From the IMG/VR virus record IMGVR_UViG_3300037827_000187, positions 2,026 to 66,025 of that record: a stretch of 64,000 nucleotides of DNA; one strand, written 5' to 3'. The DNA is from a virus (lineage: Duplodnaviria; Caudoviricetes). The notes beneath the pieces are model-generated. The model saw nothing but the letters and a program-made list of their open reading frames with translations. It was not told the DNA's origin and did no database searches. The position numbers and the translations under genes were made by a program. Shown one piece after another: positions 10,093-19,165 of this stretch (the stretch's first letter is position 1; every line of letters begins with the position of its first letter).

Positions 10093-10427
10093 TAGATAGT
10101 CACTTTGTAACGGAACTCCGGTTCTTTGGAGACCCTCTGGCCCCCAAAGTGTTCGACGATCTTTAGATAAGCTTCATCTTTGACAGGGACTTGGAAGTAG
10201 TATTCCGTTACTCCCGCCCCTTTCATAATGTTTTCAATTCCCCAGATAAACTTGTACATCTTAGCATGGGAAGCCCCGTTATAAAATACCGGGTCAAGTT
10301 CATTACAAACCTTCCACACTGCCTTCATTTCTTCCATGACCATGACCCGGGACATTGGGGTTAGGTCAGACTCTGCTGCTATGGATTTAACTTCCTCTTC
10401 AGTTGCTAGACGAATCTTTTCCAGCAT
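10092..10427 (-). CDS. GNAT-fold-like small virion assembly protein
   Basis: IRLAT N-terminus and V......LKIVEHFG C-terminus; position typical of podoviruses. Confidence 0.45.
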   Translation of the reverse strand: MLEKIRLATEEEVKSIAAESDLTPMSRVMVMEEMKAVWKVCNELDPVFYNGASHAKMYKFIWGIENIMKGAGVTEYYFQVPVKDEAYLKIVEHFGGQRVSKEPEFRYKVTI

Positions 10428-10434
10428 ACTCCTC

Positions 10435-10650
10435 CTATTTGAATATGAAATGGATAGCCGTGGAGATCCCAGTACTAACCCCTAGTACCATCCCTCCGAT
10501 TGTCCACCGTGCTTTCTTGAGATCTTCAACGTCCTCTTCGAGTCTGCCGACTCGACCGGGTTGCCCGTTACCTGCAAGTGATGTTAGTGTAGCTTCTATT
10601 CGACCCAAGGCCTCAGATACATGTTGTTGGAACTGTTCATTGTTTTCCAT
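10435..10650 (-). CDS. Small coiled-coil protein with C-terminal TM helix (possible lysis-related)
   Basis: VGRLEEDVEDLKK followed by WTIGGMVLGVSTGISTAIHFIF. Confidence 0.5.
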   Translation of the reverse strand: MENNEQFQQHVSEALGRIEATLTSLAGNGQPGRVGRLEEDVEDLKKARWTIGGMVLGVSTGISTAIHFIFK

Positions 10651-11177
10651 TAGAAGTTCTTGTAACTCATTCCTGAGAGGTCTACCCCCCCGCGACTACC
10701 ACCACCCCCGGCAGTCCCAGTCTGGCCAGCTGTGCCGGTAAACAACTGACAGATAATAAGCACATTGAAGTTCTGATGAAGCACAGCAGCATTCGAATTA
10801 ATAACCATCTGCTGATGAACAGGATCCCAACCAGTCCAGTACCAAGTGCTGGCACTAACTACTTTACTACCCGCTGCAACCCCGTGGGTGTGGACTACAC
10901 TCGGAGACGTTGATAGTTTAGTAGGGACCAAGGTTTGAACACTGGCATTTTTGTCCTGGAGAAATCCCTTGGTCCAGCTGAGAGTTAATGTGCCCCCGGT
11001 CCAAGTGAAGACTATGTTATTGGTTGTCGGAGGGGCATGCAAATAATCTAATGCCACTGCTTGAAAGCCCAGGTTGCCAACCGCGTTCTCTAATGCACCT
11101 GTCCGCTTGACCAGGTTATCTATCTTGTCGATCTGGAGATTAACTTGATTAAGATCGACCTTGACGATGCGAGGCAT
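10650..11177 (-). CDS. Putative tail-associated protein
   Basis: Start MPRIVKV overlaps the upstream stop; short coiled coil then beta-rich region. Confidence 0.45.
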   Translation of the reverse strand: MPRIVKVDLNQVNLQIDKIDNLVKRTGALENAVGNLGFQAVALDYLHAPPTTNNIVFTWTGGTLTLSWTKGFLQDKNASVQTLVPTKLSTSPSVVHTHGVAAGSKVVSASTWYWTGWDPVHQQMVINSNAAVLHQNFNVLIICQLFTGTAGQTGTAGGGGSRGGVDLSGMSYKNF

Positions 11178-13609
11178 TAGATAGTGTTCCAAGGAGTGAA
11201 GCGAAGATTGTAACCATTAAGAAACTCCATCAAGTTATTGGAGCTTTGAAAGAGAATCTGATAATAACGATCCGTGGAAGTCTGGGCAGCCAAATAAACC
11301 TTGAATTCGCCAAAGGGACTCACAACAAGAGGGGCGTTGCTAACTATCGTATTAGGCGTATCAAAAAGGTTTTCATTGGACGCCCCGAAGATGCTTACCA
11401 GTATTGAAGTATCTCCTGTAACTTCAAGTTCATCCAAGACTTTCTTGGCAGCGGGCGCGCCAAAGTGCATCCACGAAGTCCTTGCGCTAACAGGTATCAC
11501 AGTTCCGTTGTCACTGGTTGCCGTCTGTTGATATTGATAGATATTCATATTATTGCCTGATATGAATAACCATTGAGGAACTCCTGCGGCATTGATATTG
11601 AAGAATGAAGCAACTGCTCCACCCGCAGGCTGCCAAATATACCAGTGCTGCCCTCGCATGTCGTAGACAAGAGTGGTGTCACAATAGGTTGTTTGAGCTA
11701 TAGGAACGGAAAGGATGTAAAGATCAAACTCCCCGTCCGATACAAACATGGCATGCGCCAGAGTAGCACCTTGGGAATTAATGCTATTGAGAACATCCTG
11801 GACAGGCTTCCCTACATCCGTGTAGGTATTGAAGTCACTTCCGATAACTCGAAAGTCTGGTGTTAACCACATGCATCCAGCTGGTGTTCCTTGTTGGAAG
11901 ACAATTTGCCAGACATCCTGATTGATCAATCCTACTTGAGGATGGACAATTTGGGGAGCCTGAAAGTTGGTAGGATCATTTCCAAGCAAACGCCGGATGT
12001 GGCTTTGAGTCCCTATGTAGAGGGTAGTACCATCTGTCAGAAGCCCAGAGACTGTCTCTGCTCCTTCAGAGATGTCAAAGTAATTACTGAGGGGCCAGCA
12101 CTCTTCATACTTTCCTGCGATGAAGCCATTGGGCAATGTGAGTTCAGCAACTGACTTTGAGAAGAATATATTCTGGCCGTTAGCCATCCAAAGTCGCCCT
12201 TGATGTTTGATGGCTAGATTACCATTGATGCTGGTGGGCGGGGTGTTGTTAGTTACGCCAAATTCATTTCCAAATTGATCTGTAAACAGATACTCTTGCT
12301 GAAAGATCAAGGTGCCATCTGGGGTATTGTCCGTATAAGTTGTAGTAGCATTGGGGATGCTTGCCAAGAAGTACAGGATTGAGGGATCGCCGCCATCTGC
12401 TGTGGCTAGAATAATCTTGGAGTCAACTTGAGTATCACTAGATACAGGGATCGTACTCAACGCTACTACCTGTGATGTCAAGGGGCCTGTGCTGCCACTG
12501 GCGGCATTCAGATCACTGAACTGTCCAGTTATACTATTCTGAAAGACGCAATAATAAATGCGGCCAACTGTTAGAGTGATATTGCCTGCGCCACCGGGGG
12601 TTTCTGTTATAGCAGATAACCCGCCGTTGTAAAAGATCTTGATCCGGACATAGTCCAGGGAATAAGTAACACTCCCAAGAGTAGAAGGATTAACAATAAT
12701 CAGAACGCCGAAATTGGTAACACTATTGAAATCACTGGGTAGCCAACTGCCTCCCCAAAGATTAGTCATCCCGCCGTAAGTAACGAATGCGTTGGTTCCA
12801 CTAAAGGACGCTGTTATATCAGATCCATATACTGTTCCGGCTTTTACGAGGGTGACCGTTGCACTGTTGGAAGTAGGCGAACTGGCCTTCCCCTTAATAT
12901 CAACTTCGATACCTGTGATGACAGCATTACTTGGAATCCCGCTAAATCCAAAAGTATCCGCTGAGATAGAAGCGTTGTTTGGATAGGATATTGTAGCGGT
13001 AGTAAAAACTCCATCGTTGGCTTCAATGTTTGTTGGATTGGTAAAGCCACTAGAACTCGGAATATTTGAAGGACCATTCGGTCCCGCCGTTAAAGCACCA
13101 GTATTGTTTACCATACTGATACCCCAATTAGAGGTGCCCCCGGTAGCTGCGCCATTCCATTTGGTTAGATCTGCGGCAGTTCCGTCATAGAAGTATTGGT
13201 AGCTCCTGGAAGTTAAAGAGCGGACCTTGGCAGCAGGAGGGCAGGTAGGACCAAATATACCGGCATTGTAGACTGCGCCGGTTTCAGTAAAAGCTGCAAC
13301 TTGCTGGGGAGAAGAAACAACAATCGTTCGAAGATTGTCTTTGTCTCGCTGGAAGTTAGTCATCCAGTTTATAAATGCTGGGGGAGTGCCAAAGGGATTG
13401 AAACCCCAGCGTCTATTAAGGATGCCTGCTGTGACGGGCATCACATTGGTGATGGCTTGCCACTGAGATTGATCCTGGGCCGGGGGTTCCGTATGGGAAT
13501 CTTGCCCCGTGGCAGTAAAGCTATCCCTTATGTAACGCTCCGGTTGAAGAGGGGCGTCCTCTGGATTGAGGGGATCGAAGGGACGAATTGGGGTATTATA
13601 CCAGGCCAT
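11177..13609 (-). CDS. Tail nozzle / stabilisation protein (P22 gp10 / T7 gp12-like)
   Basis: 810 aa, beta-propeller-like (HQGRLWMA, IFFSKS, LVYDM...WY); follows the adaptor. Confidence 0.6.
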   Translation of the reverse strand: MAWYNTPIRPFDPLNPEDAPLQPERYIRDSFTATGQDSHTEPPAQDQSQWQAITNVMPVTAGILNRRWGFNPFGTPPAFINWMTNFQRDKDNLRTIVVSSPQQVAAFTETGAVYNAGIFGPTCPPAAKVRSLTSRSYQYFYDGTAADLTKWNGAATGGTSNWGISMVNNTGALTAGPNGPSNIPSSSGFTNPTNIEANDGVFTTATISYPNNASISADTFGFSGIPSNAVITGIEVDIKGKASSPTSNSATVTLVKAGTVYGSDITASFSGTNAFVTYGGMTNLWGGSWLPSDFNSVTNFGVLIIVNPSTLGSVTYSLDYVRIKIFYNGGLSAITETPGGAGNITLTVGRIYYCVFQNSITGQFSDLNAASGSTGPLTSQVVALSTIPVSSDTQVDSKIILATADGGDPSILYFLASIPNATTTYTDNTPDGTLIFQQEYLFTDQFGNEFGVTNNTPPTSINGNLAIKHQGRLWMANGQNIFFSKSVAELTLPNGFIAGKYEECWPLSNYFDISEGAETVSGLLTDGTTLYIGTQSHIRRLLGNDPTNFQAPQIVHPQVGLINQDVWQIVFQQGTPAGCMWLTPDFRVIGSDFNTYTDVGKPVQDVLNSINSQGATLAHAMFVSDGEFDLYILSVPIAQTTYCDTTLVYDMRGQHWYIWQPAGGAVASFFNINAAGVPQWLFISGNNMNIYQYQQTATSDNGTVIPVSARTSWMHFGAPAAKKVLDELEVTGDTSILVSIFGASNENLFDTPNTIVSNAPLVVSPFGEFKVYLAAQTSTDRYYQILFQSSNNLMEFLNGYNLRFTPWNTI

Positions 13610-13614
13610 CTATT

Positions 13615-13640
13615 ATCTAACCCCGTTTTGGGGCGAGGAG
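13615..13640 (+). repeat. Dispersed motif copy 3 (A)
   Basis: ATCTAACCCCGTTTTGGGGCGAGGAG, nearly fills the intergenic gap. Confidence 0.85.
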
Positions 13641-14837
13641 TTACGGTACAAGGAAGCCAAGATCCAACGTCTCCACATCCTGAAGTGTGTTGCCGGTAGC
13701 AGCCGCATCCACCTGGAAATAACCCGGGCCACGTGCCATGAAGTTTATGTCACGGATGATCTTCGTTAGACCGTCCTGATAGAGGGAATACCACCGAAGC
13801 GCTTCCTGGGGCCGGGTAAGATACATGAATGCCAGGGCATTGACACCCGCTATTACGACGTGCTTGTAGTCATCCGGGATCTGGATGACCTGACTGGCGC
13901 TAGTTAATTGGATGCGTTGGCGAAAATAGCGGAACTCAATGACATATCCGCCCAGGGGCTGGACGTTGTTCTGAGTAGGGACTTCAGGGCCAGTGGTTGT
14001 AAGCCCGCTGGTGGGTTCCACCCAGGGGACGGATGTTGAGATCAGGGAGGCTTGGAGGGTTAGGTTACCCAGGGGAATAAAGTCCCGCTCATTCGTGGCA
14101 GCGGATGCTGCATAGACATTGTATCTATCATATTGAACACCAGCTGAGTCGGGCTGGACCCCAAGCTGGCTCAAGGGCTCGCTGGGTGGGTTGACCTTCA
14201 ACAGGACATTCGCCGGGAGGTAAACCTGGGTAGCATACGGTGCCGTGGACTCGTTGCCAAAGGAATCCACAAAGGTCACGGTAACAAAGTACAAACGAGC
14301 GGGTAAACTTCCTCCGATTGTATTTGTGCAGATCGGTGTCTCGGGCTGGGGCTGGTAGGTGTTTTGGTTGTCGGGAGCGGGATATATATTAAGTACGTTG
14401 GGAGACTGGGCATCTTGTCTCCAGAGATCAGGTCTACCAGGCCTTGAGGTAGAGTCAGGAAATGACAATTGAACAACTGTGGGGGCGTCATCTGTCTTGC
14501 CAAGCTTGCGGAAGTTGGAACGGTCAATGACGGACTTGTCGTTGATGCTGCGAAGATCAGTAAGATTGAGGAGAGTATCAGCAGCATTGAAGGGTCCAGT
14601 GTTGATGGGGCCAACCCAGTAGTTTGTTACTCCTGATTGGGTGATGAAGGATTGAGGAGGAGCAAGGAGAAAGATCCACTTAGATATCCCAAGCATCTCC
14701 AGGGAGACTCGATTGACATAGTCAAGCAGGAGAGCATTGCTCGGGGGATTGGTCCCCGACAGAGTCTGGCGCACATCCTGGGCAGTGGCATTCATGATGC
14801 TCTGCGCTTGGGTAGTCGTGGAGAATAAAATCGGCAT
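13641..14837 (-). CDS. Head-tail adaptor-like protein with an inserted domain
   Basis: LLDYVN...W.FL, GRP...LNIYPAPD, IPDDYKHVVIAG. Confidence 0.6.
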   Translation of the reverse strand: MPILFSTTTQAQSIMNATAQDVRQTLSGTNPPSNALLLDYVNRVSLEMLGISKWIFLLAPPQSFITQSGVTNYWVGPINTGPFNAADTLLNLTDLRSINDKSVIDRSNFRKLGKTDDAPTVVQLSFPDSTSRPGRPDLWRQDAQSPNVLNIYPAPDNQNTYQPQPETPICTNTIGGSLPARLYFVTVTFVDSFGNESTAPYATQVYLPANVLLKVNPPSEPLSQLGVQPDSAGVQYDRYNVYAASAATNERDFIPLGNLTLQASLISTSVPWVEPTSGLTTTGPEVPTQNNVQPLGGYVIEFRYFRQRIQLTSASQVIQIPDDYKHVVIAGVNALAFMYLTRPQEALRWYSLYQDGLTKIIRDINFMARGPGYFQVDAAATGNTLQDVETLDLGFLVP

Positions 14838-15445
14838 TAGTCTTCTTCCCACAGGAGGGACATGGTCCACTCCCCATCGATGTTCTCTAGTTTGGTTATG
14901 GACTCCGGAGGAGGACCACCCTTAACAGGAACATCACCAATGTTGCGATCGCCCAGCACAGAAGGAAGCGCCAGGAGATTCCGCGAATGCACGACACCCA
15001 CAAGGATTTCGTCTTCGTGAACAGTGGCATAATAGAGCATCCTATCGAGCCCTGCCGCCCATCGGTAATAGAAGTCGCAATAGCTTTCCCCTCGGGGAGC
15101 TTTGATGTCAGGATGATCCTGGAGCCAGTCCATCAAGGGAGCTACATCCTTAATCGGTTTGCCACTTAGATCTCCCAGGTTCCATGGTAAGAGAGAGTTC
15201 TCGGGGATCACCTTGGCGTGGCGGGGATCCGCCACGACCATGGCAGTCATCATGGCCCTTTGAAGGGGAGAACTTAATACTCGCTGAATAGGGTAGTCCA
15301 TGGCTCGGAGAAACTCCGCTGCCTCCTCAACCCCCCGCTTCCCCTCTACTGAGAGAGGTATATCGGAGTATCCCCGGATGGCTTCATTCTTGGGATCATT
15401 GAGTGGGGTTTCCCCGTGTCGGACTAGGAGGATGGTAGGGTTCAT
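14837..15445 (-). CDS. Histidine phosphatase (phosphoglycerate mutase family)
   Basis: LVRHGET, D.PLS..G, SSPLQRA..TA, GES, VVH. Confidence 0.9.
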   Translation of the reverse strand: MNPTILLVRHGETPLNDPKNEAIRGYSDIPLSVEGKRGVEEAAEFLRAMDYPIQRVLSSPLQRAMMTAMVVADPRHAKVIPENSLLPWNLGDLSGKPIKDVAPLMDWLQDHPDIKAPRGESYCDFYYRWAAGLDRMLYYATVHEDEILVGVVHSRNLLALPSVLGDRNIGDVPVKGGPPPESITKLENIDGEWTMSLLWEED

Positions 15446-15446
15446 A

Positions 15447-15469
15447 TTCCTCGCCAAAAACGGGGTCTA
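15447..15469 (-). repeat. Dispersed motif copy 4 (B)
   Basis: TTCCTCGCCAAAAACGGGGTCTA; its GAGGA is also the phosphatase RBS. Confidence 0.85.
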
Positions 15470-15853
15470 CTTATAGAAATCATGGTGGCCAATCGAAGCA
15501 ACCTTGGTCATGCTTGCTGCCCACTTGGGCAGGACAACTGAGGGATTAAAGTAGTGGGTTGCGCCGTTGGTTATATCGGGTACCGTTTTAAGGTAGATTC
15601 CCTCGGCCAATAACATGGCTTGTTCGAATTGAACATCGCCTTGGACGGGCCATTGGACCAACATCGGGTCGCCTGGAGCGGTAAGACTTGAGAATTGCCA
15701 AGCCTTCTCGATAACCTGGTTATAGGTTAAGGCTCCGGTGACTCGATTTCTTATGACGCAACCCACAGCTTGCATACCGACCTGGCCTTCACCCCGGGCT
15801 TCACGCCAGAGTGTGAGGGCTAACACGGCTTTATCCCAATCCGCCCAGGTCAT
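15467..15853 (-). CDS. SleB/Hydrolase_2-like cell wall hydrolase
   Basis: LALTLWREARGE...AVGCVIRNR...QFS...GATHYFNP...W...IGHHDFY; start MTWADW. Confidence 0.88.
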   Translation of the reverse strand: MTWADWDKAVLALTLWREARGEGQVGMQAVGCVIRNRVTGALTYNQVIEKAWQFSSLTAPGDPMLVQWPVQGDVQFEQAMLLAEGIYLKTVPDITNGATHYFNPSVVLPKWAASMTKVASIGHHDFYK

Positions 15854-15857
15854 GTAT

Positions 15858-16202
15858 TTAGGTGGTCGAAATCCCGCTCGCATCAACTGGATGACTGCCC
15901 ACTTGTGCTGCGGTCTTGGAACCGAAGTACACAGCGTTTTCGGCTGCGAGATCTCGGTTCGGTTGAAGTAGTCGAACGCATGACCGGTTAAATACTTTAA
16001 CACGATCGCGAACGTAAGCAGCAATCGGAGGGGGGACCTTGTAGGTTTCCCCGGCTTCGAACACATGCTTGTTGATGGAGACGATGGGGAACTCCTTGCC
16101 AAGAGGATCTTCGTCAGGGATAGTGACGAACTCCCAATTGGTCTGGTCGGTTTCCCAGGCGTCGACTGCGGCAACATCCTTTGCAGTTTTAGCTAGAGAC
16201 AT
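15858..16202 (-). CDS. Hypothetical virion-module protein
   Basis: ORF in the operon downstream of the capsid gene. Confidence 0.6.
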   Translation of the reverse strand: MSLAKTAKDVAAVDAWETDQTNWEFVTIPDEDPLGKEFPIVSINKHVFEAGETYKVPPPIAAYVRDRVKVFNRSCVRLLQPNRDLAAENAVYFGSKTAAQVGSHPVDASGISTT

Positions 16203-16203
16203 G

Positions 16204-16428
16204 TTAAGCTCCGTGTCCGCTTACGCCGGTGTAGCCCGAATCTCCGTGACCAGAGCCAGATTGCTCAGAAGTCTCGGGGCTTTCTAGCCCTGCTCCGCCA
16301 GGAAGCTGGCTTAGCATTGGAGACCGCATTCCTTTGTCTAGTTTCTGGTCGAGATGGGCGTGTCCTTCAGGGCGATGCATGTTTCGAATGCTATCACCAG
16401 GACCTGCTTGCTCGAATGAATGACCCAT
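16204..16428 (-). CDS. Small disordered hypothetical protein
   Basis: GAGGA RBS; Gly/Ser/His-rich. Confidence 0.55.
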   Translation of the reverse strand: MGHSFEQAGPGDSIRNMHRPEGHAHLDQKLDKGMRSPMLSQLPGGAGLESPETSEQSGSGHGDSGYTGVSGHGA

Positions 16429-16449
16429 AGTATTGTCCTCGTGTGTTGA

Positions 16450-16473
16450 TGGGGGAGGGGTGAACCTCCCCCA
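16450..16473 (-). terminator. Hairpin after the capsid gene (weak terminator or stabiliser)
   Basis: TGGGGGAGG-ggtgaa-CCTCCCCCA; no clear U-tract. Confidence 0.45.
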
Positions 16474-16478
16474 AGGGT

Positions 16479-17498
16479 TTAGTTAGTGATGCTATTCGCA
16501 CCAGAGCTACGAACGCGCCGTATCCAGTTTTGGTTGGTGATCACCGATTTAAAGGCGAACTTCCACCCAATCTTACGGGATTGCTGCAAAGGATCCAACT
16601 GGCCACCAGGGGCGACCACATAGACCCGGAGGTTTTGCAAGTCAGTGATCTGATAAGCAAAACGGGCAATACCGAAGCTAGAATAGACTCTCGAAGACTG
16701 ACCAGCCGTTGTTTGGGAGGTAGCTGCGAAAGCCGGGCTGTTCGAACGGATGACTCTGAAGCCACCCAGCATTCCAACTTCACCCCGCCAGATCTTCTCT
16801 GGAGAACGGAATTGGTTGGAAGCCTTGAAGTCCGGATCCTTCAGGAGGCCAGCGTAGACCTGAGGAGGAGTGACGAATACATATTCGCCCCCTTCAAAAG
16901 GTCGGCCGCCTTGATCCTGGAGGGCCGCATCGAGTTCAACGAGATCGACGTAGGCCACAAGATCCGAACCAAGCAGGGACGTATCACCGGCCCTGTTGTT
17001 CGGGTAATAGGTGTTCGTTGCACCATTGAGGACGTTGAAGATCAGCTGGTCGTAAGTTTCAGCCGCCTGCAAGCCAAGGATGTAGATCGTGCGCTCAATC
17101 ACATTGTGACGAGCGGTGATCTCAGCCAAGTCAGACAGACGAACCACGGATCCATACTGCTCGATCGTCGCTTCAATCTGGTTTAGGGTTAGACCAACAG
17201 CGTCGGGCGGGATGCCTTCAGTCAACTGTGTCGGGGTAGCAGCAACCGTCAACTTCTCTTCGCGGACGAAACGAATCGTCTTCGAGGAGTTAGAAGGCAG
17301 TGGATGCTTGTCTCCGAATTGGTCGAGGATGGTATTGAACTCGGCCACTTCCAAGAGACGGGCAGACATGTAGGTTATCAACTCAGCAGCAGTTGAGCCC
17401 GCATTGCCTGCCGATCCCGCTGTAACAGTGACTACATCCGGACCGAAACCGAAGGCAATAAACAGCGCGTCAATTAAAAAAGACAAATAGCGGTTCAT
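16479..17498 (-). CDS. Major capsid protein, N4-gp56-like
   Basis: P.NS.KTI.F.R, LTEGIPP, QYG....LSD, GEVG..GGFRVI.S, DPLQQ...GWK. Confidence 0.88.
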   Translation of the reverse strand: MNRYLSFLIDALFIAFGFGPDVVTVTAGSAGNAGSTAAELITYMSARLLEVAEFNTILDQFGDKHPLPSNSSKTIRFVREEKLTVAATPTQLTEGIPPDAVGLTLNQIEATIEQYGSVVRLSDLAEITARHNVIERTIYILGLQAAETYDQLIFNVLNGATNTYYPNNRAGDTSLLGSDLVAYVDLVELDAALQDQGGRPFEGGEYVFVTPPQVYAGLLKDPDFKASNQFRSPEKIWRGEVGMLGGFRVIRSNSPAFAATSQTTAGQSSRVYSSFGIARFAYQITDLQNLRVYVVAPGGQLDPLQQSRKIGWKFAFKSVITNQNWIRRVRSSGANSITN

Positions 17499-17519
17499 GT
17501 TTCCTTAGGATTTGGCCCG

Positions 17520-18443
17520 CTACAGACCAAGATCACCCCAGTTTCTATCTCCAATTCCTCGGGCTTGCTGATCTTGAATCAGCGCTTTACGTGCCTCGCG
17601 GTTGGTAGTCCAGTCTTGGGGATTTGGCCCGGGGGCTGGTGGAGTTAGAGTAGAGGTGTTCATGGTACGGGTAGTCGGGGGATTTTGGACAGGTGCGGCC
17701 ACTGGGGCCGCTTGAGTCTGACTCGCCTGTCGGTTCAAACCCTGATTGATTAAGTAGAGAGACTTGTAGACTTCTGGAAGTCGCTCTGCTGCCTGGGGAT
17801 TGCTCTCCCCAATCTGTAGCATTTCCTTATAAAGGGGGATGCTATCTACAGTACGTTTGAAATCCGCGCTTCCAATAAAAGCTTGGAAGTCAGGGATCTC
17901 AGTTGAGACCTGCCGGATTGCGCGCTGCCGGGCGGACTCAGCCATGAGGGGAGCATAGGGGGCCAGGACAGATTGAACTACCTCGGTCTGGTACTCATGC
18001 TGGACCTGCTCATAGGCTGCTTCATCGCGGCGCTGGACAGCGTCGGACAAAGCTTGGTAGTACTTCTTACCATTGCCTAAGTACTTGTACTGTGATTGGG
18101 CTGCCGGGGCGGGAGCTTGTGACTCCTGACGGACAGCGGGTCGTGGATCATTAGGGTCAAAACCTTGCTCAGTGAGAAAGGCTCTATATCGTGCAACCAA
18201 CTGGTCCTTGTATTCAAGGCCCTTGGCTGCTTCCTCAGCAGTTTTATAAACCGAGTCTCCGGCTTTAAGGAAGACTTGGTCTGCTTGTGGCGCCTGCGGA
18301 GGCTGTGTTCCCTGCACTGCTTGTGGCGGTGCTGCGGGTGGTCCTTCGGGTGGGAACAAATCATCGAAGGATACATCTGCCCCCGGGGCTCCGTTCATGG
18401 GTACATATCCTAAACTAGCTGAGGGGGAAACGTCGTTTGGCAT
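17520..18443 (-). CDS. Capsid scaffolding protein
   Basis: Pro/Ala/Gln-rich ends with a helical core; directly upstream of the capsid gene. Confidence 0.65.
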   Translation of the reverse strand: MPNDVSPSASLGYVPMNGAPGADVSFDDLFPPEGPPAAPPQAVQGTQPPQAPQADQVFLKAGDSVYKTAEEAAKGLEYKDQLVARYRAFLTEQGFDPNDPRPAVRQESQAPAPAAQSQYKYLGNGKKYYQALSDAVQRRDEAAYEQVQHEYQTEVVQSVLAPYAPLMAESARQRAIRQVSTEIPDFQAFIGSADFKRTVDSIPLYKEMLQIGESNPQAAERLPEVYKSLYLINQGLNRQASQTQAAPVAAPVQNPPTTRTMNTSTLTPPAPGPNPQDWTTNREARKALIQDQQARGIGDRNWGDLGL

Positions 18444-18450
18444 AGTATGG

Positions 18451-18489
18451 TCCTTTGTGAGGATACTACAGATTTGAGCTTGTGGCTCA
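18451..18489 (-). promoter_or_regulatory. Tandem CACAA-loop hairpins over the scaffold RBS
   Basis: mRNA UGAGC-CACAA-GCUCA then UCCU-CACAA-AGGA. Confidence 0.5.
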
Positions 18490-18493
18490 GAGA

Positions 18494-18862
18494 TTAGGCA
18501 CCGATGAGATCAAGGCTGGCTTTCATTCGTTTGAATTCAGCTTCCTCGTCTACAACGGCTGGGCGCGTGCTAGGCTGAGATTGTGTCAGAGCCAGGACAT
18601 CACGCTCAATGAATCCGGCCCAGTAAATCCCGGCCTGGATATATCGGAGTTGAACCTCGGTGAGATTCAAGCCCTCTTTTAAAGAAGTTTCAAGCGCGGT
18701 ACGCTGGAAGCGCAGGCGCTGCATAAGGTAGATGAAGCCGGGGTGGTTATTAAGAGCTTTGATAGATTCTCGAAGGTCTCCTGTGATCTCCGGGAGCTTG
18801 CTTCCCTTCTCGACTTCAACTATATGATAATGATGGTGATCGTGGTGAATGTCTTTGAACAT
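18494..18862 (-). CDS. Hypothetical protein between portal and scaffold
   Basis: GAGGG RBS; helical; N-terminal HHDHHHYH. Confidence 0.65.
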   Translation of the reverse strand: MFKDIHHDHHHYHIVEVEKGSKLPEITGDLRESIKALNNHPGFIYLMQRLRFQRTALETSLKEGLNLTEVQLRYIQAGIYWAGFIERDVLALTQSQPSTRPAVVDEEAEFKRMKASLDLIGA

Positions 18863-18874
18863 GTTCCCTCTCTT

Positions 18875-18901
18875 GATCTAACCCCGTTTTGAAGCGAGGA
18901 G
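18875..18901 (+). repeat. Dispersed motif copy 5 (A)
   Basis: GATCTAACCCCGTTTTGAAGCGAGGAG. Confidence 0.85.
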
Positions 18902-19165
18902 TTAATGCACCCCATATTTAAACTCATTGATCTCTGTTTTAGGATACCCAGAATTGCGGATCATTATATCCCAGTCATACAGAGCATCGGAATTAGATGC
19001 ATTGCCCGCCGAGTCGGGTTGAAATTCCGGTTGCTGATCGGCAAGTCTTTTTTCCTCGGCCCGAGCCTCCCCCTCACGACCGGGACCGATTACATTGCTT
19101 TGGTGCTTGTCAGCTCTCCCGACTTGAGGTTTATACGGCCTGAAATCTGGTTGTGAGGTATCCAT
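18902..19165 (-). CDS. Small PYxPxxGRAD-motif protein
   Basis: RPYKPQVGRADKHQSNV; translationally coupled to portal. Confidence 0.6.
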   Translation of the reverse strand: MDTSQPDFRPYKPQVGRADKHQSNVIGPGREGEARAEEKRLADQQPEFQPDSAGNASNSDALYDWDIMIRNSGYPKTEINEFKYGVH

